Positions 30,207 through 39,745 of a DNA stretch of 64,000 nucleotides are shown one piece after another; position 1 is the first letter of the stretch, and every line of letters begins with the position of its first letter. The notes beneath the pieces were generated by a model. That model saw nothing but the letters and a program-made list of their open reading frames with translations. It was not told the origin of the DNA and searched no databases. Source of the stretch: Bdellovibrionales bacterium. GTDB lineage: Bacteria > Bdellovibrionota > Bdellovibrionia > Bdellovibrionales > JAUICD01. The DNA lies in assembly GCA_965262715.1 (NCBI GenBank), contig OZ253553.1:1728001-1792000 (forward strand). The letters run 5' to 3'. Position numbers and translations under genes: made by a program.

Positions 30207-30923
30207 TTGAATTTAAAATACAAGCGTGTCTTATTAAAGCTCAGTGGAGAAGCACTTGCCGGTGAAGAGAAGGTAGGTATTTCATTATCTGCGTTAAAGC
30301 AAATTGCAGATGACGTCATTAAGGCTTACGAGTCAAATGTTCAAATTGGAGTTGTGATTGGTGGCGGTAATATATTTAGAGGGGTAGCGGCTTCCGTCTC
30401 GGGTATGGATCGTTCTAGCTCTGATTATATGGGAATGCTTGCTACCTGTATTAATGCGTTAGCTTTGCAAGATGCTTTTGAAAAAAGAGGTGTACGTACT
30501 CGTGTACAATCGGCTATAGAGATGGCAGCCATTGCTGAGCCATATATTAGAAGGCGTGCTATCCGTCATTTAGAGAAAAATCGTATAGTAATATTTGCTG
30601 CAGGAACAGGTAATCCTTATTTCACAACAGATACGGCTGCTGCTTTAAGGGCTATGGAGATCAATGCAGATATTATACTCAAGGCCACAAAAGTTGATGG
30701 CATATATGATCAGGATCCCTTTAAATATTCAAATGCTTCTAAGTATGAAGGCATATCTTATACTGATATATTAAAAAAGAACCTACATGCTATGGATTCT
30801 GCAGCTATTAGTTTGTGCAGGGATAACAAAATACCTATTTTAATGTTCAACCTCAAAACAAAGGGGAATATTTTACGTGCTATTTGTGGTGAAAAAATAG
30901 GCACTATGGTGCAAGGAGATTAG
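30207..30923 (+). CDS. pyrH: UMP kinase
   Basis: [30 protein letters not shown]. Confidence 0.97.
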   Translation: MNLKYKRVLLKLSGEALAGEEKVGISLSALKQIADDVIKAYESNVQIGVVIGGGNIFRGVAASVSGMDRSSSDYMGMLATCINALALQDAFEKRGVRTRVQSAIEMAAIAEPYIRRRAIRHLEKNRIVIFAAGTGNPYFTTDTAAALRAMEINADIILKATKVDGIYDQDPFKYSNASKYEGISYTDILKKNLHAMDSAAISLCRDNKIPILMFNLKTKGNILRAICGEKIGTMVQGD

Positions 30924-30992
30924 AAAAGCCTTAAATAGGTAAAAGAGAAGGTTGTTTTTTAGAAAAACAAGGAAAAATCTTTAAAAGCTTTG

Positions 30993-31089
30993 ATTTGATG
31001 TTTTAAGCTAATCCTCGAAGTTCTCGAGTAAACCGCTCGAAGGCGGTTTACTCTGCGGAAGATATCGTCTTTAGCTTAAAACATCAAAT
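30993..31089. repeat. 97-bp palindromic MITE/REP-like element
   Basis: 19-bp perfect IR atttgatgttttaagctaa / ttagcttaaaacatcaaat around inner hairpin gagtaaaccgc...gcggtttactc. Confidence 0.75.
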
Positions 31090-31166
31090 TTTAAGTTGCT
31101 ATTATAAAGATTTGAGGTGATTTGTAAGGGGAGGAGATAGCAAGTAAGATGGAAAATAAGGAAAGG

Positions 31167-31338
31167 ATTTCCTTAACATGAAGTAAAAGAATGAGGGGAG
31201 TCTCTCTACTAAAATGCATTTTTCTTTCTAGGCGATAACCATTTTCTGATGGAGCCATCAGGGTTATCGCCAGAAAGTGGCCAGAGGCTCGCCTCGAGAG
31301 GCTCGCCTCAAGAGGCCAGATGCATTTTAGTGAGACAG
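31167..31338 (+). repeat. Structured dispersed repeat, unit B
   Basis: atttccttaacat leader; ctaaaatgcat/atgcattttag; ggcgataacc/ggttatcgcc; 14-bp gaggctcgcctc(g/a)a tandem. Confidence 0.85.
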
Positions 31339-31351
31339 AAAGGAGGATTAA

Positions 31352-31927
31352 ATGGAGCATAATATAGAAGGTATAAAAGAACAAAAGCAGAGATCAGAAG
31401 CACAAATGCAAAAAACGGTTGAAAGTTTAAAGAGTCAAATAGCTAGAGTTAGAACGGGGCGCGCGCAAGCATCTATGTTAGATATGGTTAAAGTAGATTA
31501 TTACGGCACACCAACTCCATTATCTCAAGTAGCTGCTATCAATTGCCCTGACCCTAAGTCTTTTTTAATTTCTCCTTGGAATGCAGCTATCTTAAAGGAT
31601 ATTGAAGCTGCAATTAACAAAAGCAATATAGGGATGACACCTATTAATGATGGTAAGGTGATTCGTCTTAAATTACCAGAGTTGACAGAGGAAAGACGAG
31701 AAAGCTTAGCTAGGCAAGTAAAAAAAATCATAGAAGATGCAAGAATCTCTGTTAGACAATGTCGAAAAGATGCTAATGAGTTTATTAAAACAGTGCTTAA
31801 AAATAAAAACATCAGTGAAGATGAGAGTAAGCAAGAAAAAGACAGTATTCAAGAGTTGACAGATACTTACATTAAGATGATTGATGAAGTTGGAGAGAAA
31901 AAAGAGGCAGAACTGATTAATGTTTAA
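31352..31927 (+). CDS. frr: Ribosome recycling factor
   Basis: VRTGRA, VDYYGTPTPL, PELTEERR. Confidence 0.96.
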   Translation: MEHNIEGIKEQKQRSEAQMQKTVESLKSQIARVRTGRAQASMLDMVKVDYYGTPTPLSQVAAINCPDPKSFLISPWNAAILKDIEAAINKSNIGMTPINDGKVIRLKLPELTEERRESLARQVKKIIEDARISVRQCRKDANEFIKTVLKNKNISEDESKQEKDSIQELTDTYIKMIDEVGEKKEAELINV

Positions 31928-32115
31928 GCAATTTTAAAGTTTGATAGTTTTCAGAATCCTAATTTTCTAGAAACTTGGTTCTATATCTATATAAATTCCT
32001 AGGAGGAAACTTTTAGATATAAGCGTTCAAATTATGGAGTTGAACCTTCTTTATTTATTTTGACCATATCGTATAAGGATAACTTATCTTGACTTAGTTG
32101 ATTGAAAGTAGGAAA

Positions 32116-32200
32116 TGGTGCGGGCAGAGGGATTCGAACCCCCACGCTGTAAAGCACTAGATCCTAAGTCTAGCGTGTCTACCAATTTCACCACGCCCGC
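32116..32200 (-). tRNA. tRNA-Leu (anticodon TAG)
   Basis: GCGGGCGTGGTGAAATTGGTAGACACGCTAGACTTAGGATCTAGTGC...GGTTCGAATCCC...CGCACCA; long variable arm, encoded CCA. Confidence 0.97.
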
Positions 32201-32226
32201 CCTCCTCATCACTTTAGTGGCAATTG

Positions 32227-32637
32227 TTAATTGCTTTGTTCTTTTAAATATTTTTTGTATTCACTTGCTTTCATAAGACTTGTCAGCTCTCTTTCATTTT
32301 CTATTTCTACTCGGATCAACCAACCTTCATCCATAGGATCATCGTTTAACATTCCTATATCTTCTGTTAGAGTACTATTAACTTCAAGTATTGTACCTGA
32401 TAGGGGAGAGTATAGGTCCAAAGCAGCCTTGACACTTTCGATAGCTCCAAATGGCTCATTTTGGACTACCTTTTGACCTTCATCTGGTAAATCTACATAC
32501 ACAATTTCACCCATTTGCTCTTGCGCAAAAGAGGTGATTCCTATTGTTGCAGTGGTTTCATCCATATGAGCCCACTCATGATCTTTTGTATAATAATACT
32601 CATCAACTATACTCATTTTAAACTTCCTTTTATTCAA
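32227..32637 (-). CDS. gcvH: Glycine cleavage system H protein
   Basis: YTKDHEW, GITSFAQ, ESVKAA lipoyl-Lys motif. Confidence 0.94.
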   Translation of the reverse strand: MNKRKFKMSIVDEYYYTKDHEWAHMDETTATIGITSFAQEQMGEIVYVDLPDEGQKVVQNEPFGAIESVKAALDLYSPLSGTILEVNSTLTEDIGMLNDDPMDEGWLIRVEIENERELTSLMKASEYKKYLKEQSN

Positions 32638-33010
32638 GTTATTGTTTGTAATTTTTAACTGTAAAAAGCTATCAGATTAATACTTTTTTATCTTATATCC
32701 CTATTAAAAGTCAAAATGATTTAAGTATTTTAACATGATAGGTGGAGATAAATATCTTATTTATTAACCCCTTTTATTATTCTATTTTATTGATAATAAG
32801 TAAAATATAAACCATAACGCAAGCACTTAGTTTTAGCTAATATGATCTTTTAAGAGGAGATAAAAAGATAAATAGTCATTTTATTCTAAAAAAAGACATA
32901 CTTTTAGGTAACAAGTCCTAAAATTCGCTATCTATAAATGCTTATTTATAATAAGTTATAGAGCAATAAAAGATAAGCTTTAATAAAAGACTTTTGTAGT
33001 TAAATTAAGT

Positions 33011-34057
33011 ATGAAGAAATCACCATGTTCAATTCGAACAGTATTGAGTATTGAAACCAGTTGTGATGACACATCTGTAGCTATTATTCAAGATGATCAA
33101 AACTCCAAAAATGTATGTGTCAATTTTGTTTTAGATCAAAATAGTGTTCATTTACCTTTTTCTGGAATTGTTCCAGAGATGGCAGGAAGGAAGCATTTAG
33201 AAGTTCTATTACCTCTTATAGATAAAGGGCTTTCAGCAACAGGATTATCTTGGGAGGAGATTGATGGTATTGCTGTAACTGAAGGACCAGGCCTTATTGG
33301 TTCACTTCTAGTAGGAATTTTAACAGCAGAGACTCTTGCCTTAACGAAGCAAAAACCTCTAATTGGAGTGAATCATCTTGAAGGTCATGTCCTATCTCCA
33401 TTTTTAAAAGATCAAAATTATGAGCCTTCTTTTAATTACACAGAACCTTTTTTAGCACTCATTGTCAGTGGAGGTCATACATCTCTTTATAAAGTAGATG
33501 GTCTATTTCAATATACTCTTTTGGAGACAACATTAGATGATGCGGCAGGAGAGGCCCTTGACAAACTAGCGCAGATGTTGGGGCTTGGTTTTCCTGGAGG
33601 TGCTAAAATAGATCGTTTAGCTAGAGATGGAGACATTAAGGCATTTGAGTTTCCTCGTCCTCTTATCAAAAGTCATAACTTTAGCTTTTCAGGGCTTAAG
33701 ACAGCTGCTTTGCGTCTTATTAAGGGCATGAAAGAATCAGATATACAAGATCAAATACCTTCTATTTGCGCATCTTATCAGGAAGCGGTTGTTGATGTAC
33801 TACTTACAAAGTTAATTTCTGCATCTAAGAAATGCTGTATTAAGAATATAGTTATTACAGGAGGAGTCAGTGCTAATAGCCGACTTAGGCAGAAAGCTCA
33901 AGAGTGGACAGAGCAAGATCATATCAGTTTAGCTTTGCCTCCTGTTTGCTATTGTACGGATAATGCTGCTATGATTGGACTTGTTGGATTATTACGTTTG
34001 CAATCTGGTTATAGAACTATATCTCCTTTAATCCCTCAACCTACACTCCAGCTTTAA
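33011..34057 (+). CDS. tsaD: tRNA t6A synthase subunit TsaD
   Basis: IETSCDDT, GPGL, NHLEGH, SGGHT, DDAAGEA, FSFSGLKT, CTDNAAMI. Confidence 0.96.
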   Translation: MKKSPCSIRTVLSIETSCDDTSVAIIQDDQNSKNVCVNFVLDQNSVHLPFSGIVPEMAGRKHLEVLLPLIDKGLSATGLSWEEIDGIAVTEGPGLIGSLLVGILTAETLALTKQKPLIGVNHLEGHVLSPFLKDQNYEPSFNYTEPFLALIVSGGHTSLYKVDGLFQYTLLETTLDDAAGEALDKLAQMLGLGFPGGAKIDRLARDGDIKAFEFPRPLIKSHNFSFSGLKTAALRLIKGMKESDIQDQIPSICASYQEAVVDVLLTKLISASKKCCIKNIVITGGVSANSRLRQKAQEWTEQDHISLALPPVCYCTDNAAMIGLVGLLRLQSGYRTISPLIPQPTLQL

Positions 34058-34062
34058 ATAAA

Positions 34063-34896
34063 TTGAAAAAACAAGAAGTACTTTCCTTACTTAAAGACCT
34101 TGATACTTACCCTAAGAGATCGCTAGGGCAGAATTTTTTAGTCAATCCACAGATTTGTCAACAGATTATCTTTGAGGTTTATAGAGAGAAGGTAGATAGA
34201 GTGATCGAAATTGGACCTGGACTGGGTGTGCTCACAGAGGCTTTAAAAAAAGTATCAGATTTAATTTTGATTGAAAAAGACAAGGTATTTGCTGAATATC
34301 TAAGGCAAAAAGGATTTCTTGTTTTAAATGAAGATGCTTTACTTTCAAATTGGAATGACCTTATCAAAGGAAGTACATTATTAGTAAGTAATCTTCCTTA
34401 TCAAATATCTTCTCGTCTTTTAGTAGAAAGATCTTTAGATAAGAAGCCATTGCAAAAAATGATTTTAATGTTTCAGACAGAAGTTGCTCAAAGAATTCTA
34501 AGTCAATTTGGCTGTCGTCGGTCAGAAACATTTGGATTGCTCAGTGTGATGGCACAAAATCATTGGCATATAGAAAAAGTGTTGAATGCAGGTCCAAAAG
34601 ATTTTTATCCCTCACCTAATGTAGGTAGTCAGGTTTTGAAGTTCACTCCAAAATCTTTTTCTGATCCCTTTAACTCTAAATGGTTTTTAAATTTTCTTAA
34701 AATAGGGTTTTCTCAAAGGAGAAAAATGCTTCAAAAAGTTCTGTTATTGAATATAGATAAATTAAAAACAGATAATGTTATCGCAAAAGATCAAGTTAAA
34801 GAAGCCTTTAAATCTCTTAATATTGCAGCAACAGTAAGGCCACATGAACTGTCTTCTCAGAAGTGGTTGGATTTATTTACTTTGCTGTTTCCCTAG
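34063..34896 (+). CDS. rsmA: 16S rRNA dimethyladenosine transferase KsgA
   Basis: LGQNFL, EIGPGLG, SNLPYQI, FSQRRKML. Confidence 0.95.
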   Translation: MKKQEVLSLLKDLDTYPKRSLGQNFLVNPQICQQIIFEVYREKVDRVIEIGPGLGVLTEALKKVSDLILIEKDKVFAEYLRQKGFLVLNEDALLSNWNDLIKGSTLLVSNLPYQISSRLLVERSLDKKPLQKMILMFQTEVAQRILSQFGCRRSETFGLLSVMAQNHWHIEKVLNAGPKDFYPSPNVGSQVLKFTPKSFSDPFNSKWFLNFLKIGFSQRRKMLQKVLLLNIDKLKTDNVIAKDQVKEAFKSLNIAATVRPHELSSQKWLDLFTLLFP

Positions 34897-35045
34897 AAAT
34901 GAACTGGCCTCTCGAGGCAAGTCTCTCGAGGCGAGCCTCTCGAGGCGAGCCTCTGACCATTTTTGGGCAATCAGTGCAGGCGGTTAGCACCGTCAGCAAA
35001 ATGCTGATTGCCTCAAAAATCTGTTCATTTTAAAGGGTGTTGTCT
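34884..35045 (-). repeat. Structured dispersed repeat, unit C, overlapping the rsmA 3' end
   Basis: aaatgaac/gttcattt outer arms; ggcaatcag/ctgattgcc inner stem; three tandem ~14-bp cctctcgaggc(g/a)ag units. Confidence 0.85.
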
Positions 35046-35143
35046 ATTACATAAATGAACTCATTTTATTTATCTAGGCATTACTTGTAGTAAGATTCAC
35101 TAGACTTTGAAAAAGTTAATGCTTTATATGCAGTTGGCAAAGC

Positions 35144-35464
35144 TTAGGATAGAGCTTCTGCACATTCTATGTCTTCATTGATATCTTCATGAAGCTGCTC
35201 AAGTTTTTCCATAGAAAAGTTTAAAAAGATATTTTGTAATCTTTCTTTCCATATTTCTCTTATTTCTAAATCGTAGTTTGTGGATTGAAGAGATGTATCA
35301 ATTGATTTTAATAAATCATTTAATTTGTCAAAAATAAAAGAACGAGTCTTTGACTCATCAAGGTAAGATTCTGTGGCAAATAAATCCATAGATATCATTA
35401 TCTCTTTTATAACTATTTTTCTTTCATCATCTTTATCAATGTGCTTTTCTATGTATTCTACCAT
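35144..35464 (-). CDS. Hypothetical acidic protein
   Basis: ORF track only; downstream of prfA. Confidence 0.5.
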   Translation of the reverse strand: MVEYIEKHIDKDDERKIVIKEIMISMDLFATESYLDESKTRSFIFDKLNDLLKSIDTSLQSTNYDLEIREIWKERLQNIFLNFSMEKLEQLHEDINEDIECAEALS

Positions 35465-35521
35465 AGTCTTTAACTTTTCAATCTCTGTTACAGCAAGTCC
35501 ATTAAAGTATAATTTTATATT

Positions 35522-36598
35522 TCAGGATTCTTGCGTTTTAAGTTGTTGAGCTTGAAAGTAAGTTTGAACAGCCTCTATGAGGTCTGTTAGTTGGCCGTTC
35601 ATAATTTGATTGAGTGTATGAGTTGTTAGGCCAATGCGGTGATCTGTTACACGTGATTGAGGAAAGTTGTAAGTTCTAATACGCTCTGATCTGTCACCTG
35701 TTCCAATTTGTGAAAGCCTTTGGTCAGAGGCCTCTCGTTGAACTTTCGCCTGCTCCATATCAAGAAGTCTTGCGCGTAAAACTTTCATAGCCTTATTTTT
35801 GTTCTTTAATTGAGACTTCTCATCTTGGCAAGATACAACCATTCCCGTTGAGATATGAGTGATTCTAACAGCAGAATCTGTTGTGTTCACATGTTGTCCT
35901 CCACTCCCACTAGACCGGTAAACATCAATGCGTAAATCATTCTGATCAATATCAATATCCACATCCTCAGCTTCAGCTAGCGCAACAACAGTAACAGTGG
36001 ATGTGTGGATGCGTCCTTGACTTTCTGTTTTTGGAACTCTTTGCACACGATGTACACCACTTTCATACTTTAGCCTGCTATAAACTTGATGACCACTCAT
36101 CATAGCAATGACCTCTTTATAACCTCCAGCATTACCTTCAGATATGGATAAAATTTCTATCCTCCACTTTTTTTCAGCAGCATAAAGACAGTAAGCACGG
36201 AATAGCTCCTCTGCAAATAAGCTAGCTTCATCTCCTCCAGCACCAGCGCGTATTTCTAAAATAATATTTTTATCATCCTTTGGGTCTTTAGGTAGAAGAA
36301 GCTGCTTTAAACTGTGAGTTAAATCTTCTAAAGTTTTTTGAAGTAATTCTATCTCCTCTTTTATTAAAACAAGAAGTTCCTCATCTGATTCTTCTTTTAG
36401 TAATTTGTTATTTGTTGTAATATCTTCTTGCGTTTTTTTATATTTGCGATAGATATCTATAATTTCTTTTAACTGAGAGTGTTCTTTCATTAATTTAGTA
36501 TAAAGCTTCTGATCCTTAATAATATTAGGATCTTGTAGTTGCTGGTGGATGTCTGTAAAATGCAAGTGAATATCTTCAAGCTCTTTAAATAAACTCAT
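35522..36598 (-). CDS. prfA: Peptide chain release factor 1
   Basis: GAGGDEA, VQRVPKTE (PxT), GGQHVN, IRTYNFPQ. Confidence 0.97.
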   Translation of the reverse strand: MSLFKELEDIHLHFTDIHQQLQDPNIIKDQKLYTKLMKEHSQLKEIIDIYRKYKKTQEDITTNNKLLKEESDEELLVLIKEEIELLQKTLEDLTHSLKQLLLPKDPKDDKNIILEIRAGAGGDEASLFAEELFRAYCLYAAEKKWRIEILSISEGNAGGYKEVIAMMSGHQVYSRLKYESGVHRVQRVPKTESQGRIHTSTVTVVALAEAEDVDIDIDQNDLRIDVYRSSGSGGQHVNTTDSAVRITHISTGMVVSCQDEKSQLKNKNKAMKVLRARLLDMEQAKVQREASDQRLSQIGTGDRSERIRTYNFPQSRVTDHRIGLTTHTLNQIMNGQLTDLIEAVQTYFQAQQLKTQES

Positions 36599-36689
36599 TT
36601 TTTTTACCTCTTAAATATAAATTATTGTATTGATTTACTATTGATTATGTAAAGTTACTATAAATAAAATGAAAAAAATATTGTTAAAA

Positions 36690-36852
36690 ATTAAAATTGG
36701 TTCTGTGGTATTTAGATATTTCCTTTATGCGATCCTTTGTTATAGCAGGTTCAAATTCTAAAGTGCCCATGTAACATAATCTTTCAACAGGGCTGAAATC
36801 AGCTTTTGAGCGTCCCTCTTTAACAAGCCATGTATCTTCAAGCTGTTTCCAT
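36690..36852 (-). pseudogene. hipA toxin remnant (internally deleted)
   Basis: ATG GAA ACA GCT, then shifted frame EDTWLVKEGRSKADFSPVERLCYMGTLEFEPA resembling the HipA W..GR...F.PVERLCY.G.RGMGALEFEP motif. Confidence 0.7.
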
Positions 36853-36855
36853 TAT

Positions 36856-37170
36856 TTATCTCTTTTTTGATCTCGAAGATGAAGCGCGTTTGCGAACAGA
36901 GCCCTTTAATTTTAAAAGCTGTATTGGGCTTAAGCTTTTCTCTGGAAAAAGTAAATCTAAATTTTCTAAACTTTTTAAAACTCTCAAAATGCAAATGATC
37001 ACTTTGAAACCAACGCAACCATTTGACTCTGCTAAACTAATGGTTCTGCGAGAAAGTCCTGCCCTGCTTGCAAGGTCATCTTGAGACATATTTTTATTTA
37101 AACGTTTCCTCTTTATTCTTTGACCAATCTCTTTCAAAATTTGATGATTCGTCATTTCATAAAACTGCAT
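36856..37170 (-). CDS. XRE-family HTH regulator, HipB-like antitoxin
   Basis: IGQRIKRKRLNKNMSQDDLASRAGLSRRTISLAE, SPIQLLKL..RKRAS; directly upstream of the hipA remnant. Confidence 0.85.
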   Translation of the reverse strand: MQFYEMTNHQILKEIGQRIKRKRLNKNMSQDDLASRAGLSRRTISLAESNGCVGFKVIICILRVLKSLENLDLLFPEKSLSPIQLLKLKGSVRKRASSSRSKKR

Positions 37171-37382
37171 AATATTTCCAAATTTAATGTGATAATATCT
37201 TATTATTAAAGCTCTTTTTTGTTATTTATGATAAAATATTATCACATTAAATATATTTAGAAAAGAGTTGTTTTAAAGACTTTAAAGAAATATGGAATTA
37301 AAAGCAAAAGAGATTTAAATCAATCTGATTGATGTTGGGCAGGTTTCTTGATAAAAGGACAATGACTTCAAGGTAGGTAAAC

Positions 37383-38153
37383 ATGAATACACATTCATCT
37401 CTTAAAGGAAAAAATGCTTTAATTTTTGGGCTAGGCAGTGATAAAAGCTTAGCTTGGGGTATTGCTAAAGCACTTCATCAACAAGGATGTACACTTGGGT
37501 TTAGTTTTCTCAATGAAAGATTTAAACGTCGTGTTCTTCCCTTAGCTGAGAGCTTAAATGCTAAACTTATAGAGCCTTTAGATGTCAATAACCCTGAGGA
37601 GATGAGAGACTTTTTTCAAAAGAGTAAAGACACATTTGGTCACATTGATATTTTAATTCATTCTTTAGCTTATGCTCCAACTGAAGACTTAGAGGGTCGT
37701 TTTATAGATACTTCTTGTGAAGGGTTTTTAACAGCTATGAAAACCAGTGTTTACTCTTTAATATCTCTTACCAAATTTGCACAGCCTCTTATGAAAAATG
37801 GTGGAAGTATTGTCACTTTAACTTATCTAGGCTCTCAAAGGGTTGTACCTCATTATCATGTGATGGGTGTTTGTAAGGCGGCACTTGAGGCATCTGTTCG
37901 CTATCTAGCTTATGATCTTGGTCCTCAAAATATTCGTGTCAATGCTATTTCAGCTGGTCCTATAAAGACACTTTCTGCATTAGGAGTTAAAAACTTTAAA
38001 GAAATGCTTTCCAAAAATGAAAATCATGTACCTTTAAGAGAAAATATCACTATTGAAGATGTAGGAAATATGGCAGCTTACCTTTGTGGCGATACTGGAA
38101 AACATGTGACTGGTACAACTATGTACTTAGATAGTGGGGCTCATATTTTATGA
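37383..38153 (+). CDS. fabI: Enoyl-ACP reductase
   Basis: SLAWGIA, HSLAYAP, YHVMGVCKAALE, ISAGPIKTL. Confidence 0.95.
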   Translation: MNTHSSLKGKNALIFGLGSDKSLAWGIAKALHQQGCTLGFSFLNERFKRRVLPLAESLNAKLIEPLDVNNPEEMRDFFQKSKDTFGHIDILIHSLAYAPTEDLEGRFIDTSCEGFLTAMKTSVYSLISLTKFAQPLMKNGGSIVTLTYLGSQRVVPHYHVMGVCKAALEASVRYLAYDLGPQNIRVNAISAGPIKTLSALGVKNFKEMLSKNENHVPLRENITIEDVGNMAAYLCGDTGKHVTGTTMYLDSGAHIL

Positions 38154-38890
38154 AAAGGCCTTCAATATTATCTTCAATTGCAAATTATTATAGAGTTTGT
38201 CCTGTCTGCCAAATAGGTGGTGGTTCTTTAAGCTTGCACCTGATAGAATGGCTTTGCCCTTCATGCTATAAATATTTTTTACAAGGGACGCGTATTTTCT
38301 CATATAAGGCACCCATGTATGATCGGCCTGTGCATTGTTTGGTATTATGGGATGAAGAAAACCAAGAATTTATCTCTCACTTAATGCAAAGTTTGAAAGG
38401 AAACTATAATTATCCTGGCTGGCAAGTTGTTTCTAATATCTTGATACGTGAAATGGTCTTGAGTAATTTATTTTACTGGAAAAAAGCAGAGGTGATTGTG
38501 CCTGCTCCTTCTCATAATTCTGATCGTCGGCATGCTCAAGTCTTCGCACAAGCTTTAGGCCGTCAATTAAATATACCTGTAGACTTAGACCTTTTAAGCT
38601 TTAAAGAAGAACAAAAACCGTGGTTTCATTTAAAAAAAACACAGAATGAAAGACAGGCTTTTAAATCAAAAAATCAAAGAACAAAAATCCAAATTATAGC
38701 AAAAGAACATAAATATAAAAAGATACTATTTGTTGATGATATTTGTACAACTGGCTCTACAATATCTGCAGCTAGGCAAACCTTAACAAGGCAAGCCTTA
38801 ACAAGGCGGGCCTTAACAAGGCGAGCCTTAGGTCGTCTTTCTTACTTTCAACCTCTTGTACTTACTTGTAAAAGTAAAACACCTATATAA
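38150..38890 (+). CDS. ComF-family phosphoribosyltransferase-like protein
   Basis: CPVC...CPSC zinc finger; VDDICTTGST PRT motif. Confidence 0.8.
   Translation: MKRPSILSSIANYYRVCPVCQIGGGSLSLHLIEWLCPSCYKYFLQGTRIFSYKAPMYDRPVHCLVLWDEENQEFISHLMQSLKGNYNYPGWQVVSNILIREMVLSNLFYWKKAEVIVPAPSHNSDRRHAQVFAQALGRQLNIPVDLDLLSFKEEQKPWFHLKKTQNERQAFKSKNQRTKIQIIAKEHKYKKILFVDDICTTGSTISAARQTLTRQALTRRALTRRALGRLSYFQPLVLTCKSKTPI
38774..38832 (+). repeat. In-frame 15-bp tandem repeat (about 4 copies) in the ComF-like gene
   Basis: aggc(a/g)(a/g)(a/g)ccttaaca, encoding RQTLT RQALT RRALT RRALG. Confidence 0.85.
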
Positions 38891-38915
38891 AAATAAATGA
38901 AACATCTTTTGTTAA

Positions 38916-39644
38916 GTGATAGAAATGAAGGCTTTTATGAATCAAGCAAATTCTTTTTGGCAAAAATATTTAAAATGGTGTCTTTTTGTTTTTTTATTAC
39001 TAACAATTTCATCACAAGCTGTTTTAACTAAAGAAGAAAAGGCCTCTATTCCAGATAAAAAAAATTTGGAAGTGTTAAAATCTGTCGAAGGCAAATATAT
39101 TCAGATGCAAAACCTTCAATCGGAATTAAAGAAAACAACGACTTTAAAAGTTTTACAAAGAGAAACTATCTATACAGGAACATTGAAAGTTAAAAAGGGT
39201 GGGTATTTACGTATAGATATGACATCTCCAGTAAAATCTATTTTACTCATAAATCCAGAAGGAACATGGCACACTCAGTATCCCGAAGTACCTGAGTTTG
39301 ATGATAAAATAAGAGTTATTAAAACAAAAACAAAATCTGCTTTGCAAATAGCCTTACTTTCTATTTTGGAAGAAGGCAAAATATTAGAACACTTTCATCT
39401 TTTATCTTCTGAAAATGCGAAAACATCACATATTTTTAAATTAAGCACTAAAGAAGAAGCTAATATGATTCCTCAATTAGAAATTGTCGTTGATACTCTT
39501 TTTTTAATCACAAAAATCACTTATTGGGATAGCCTGCAAAATAAAACAGTATTGGAGTTTCATGACATTTTACTCAATAAAAATATTGAAAATGATATTT
39601 TTGAATTTAAAAAACCTCCAAATGCTGAAATCATAGAAAACTAA
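38916..39644 (+). CDS. LolA-like outer-membrane lipoprotein carrier
   Basis: Signal peptide; G.L.VKKGG.LR; D..QN.T..EF..I..N..I....FEFK.P..AEI C-terminal pattern. Confidence 0.75.
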   Translation: MIEMKAFMNQANSFWQKYLKWCLFVFLLLTISSQAVLTKEEKASIPDKKNLEVLKSVEGKYIQMQNLQSELKKTTTLKVLQRETIYTGTLKVKKGGYLRIDMTSPVKSILLINPEGTWHTQYPEVPEFDDKIRVIKTKTKSALQIALLSILEEGKILEHFHLLSSENAKTSHIFKLSTKEEANMIPQLEIVVDTLFLITKITYWDSLQNKTVLEFHDILLNKNIENDIFEFKKPPNAEIIEN

Positions 39645-39745
39645 AAACAGATTCTGTGACCAGATACTACTTTGCTAGTTACCTACTTGCCAGATACCGG
39701 AATAGAGATGTTGTAAAATGCAGATATTTATTTTTGAAACTGGTT

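Noticed and set aside
34905..34955. Tandem cctctcgaggcgag repeats as a CRISPR array
   Set aside because: 14-bp units with no spacers and no cas genes; they are the side arm of the dispersed element
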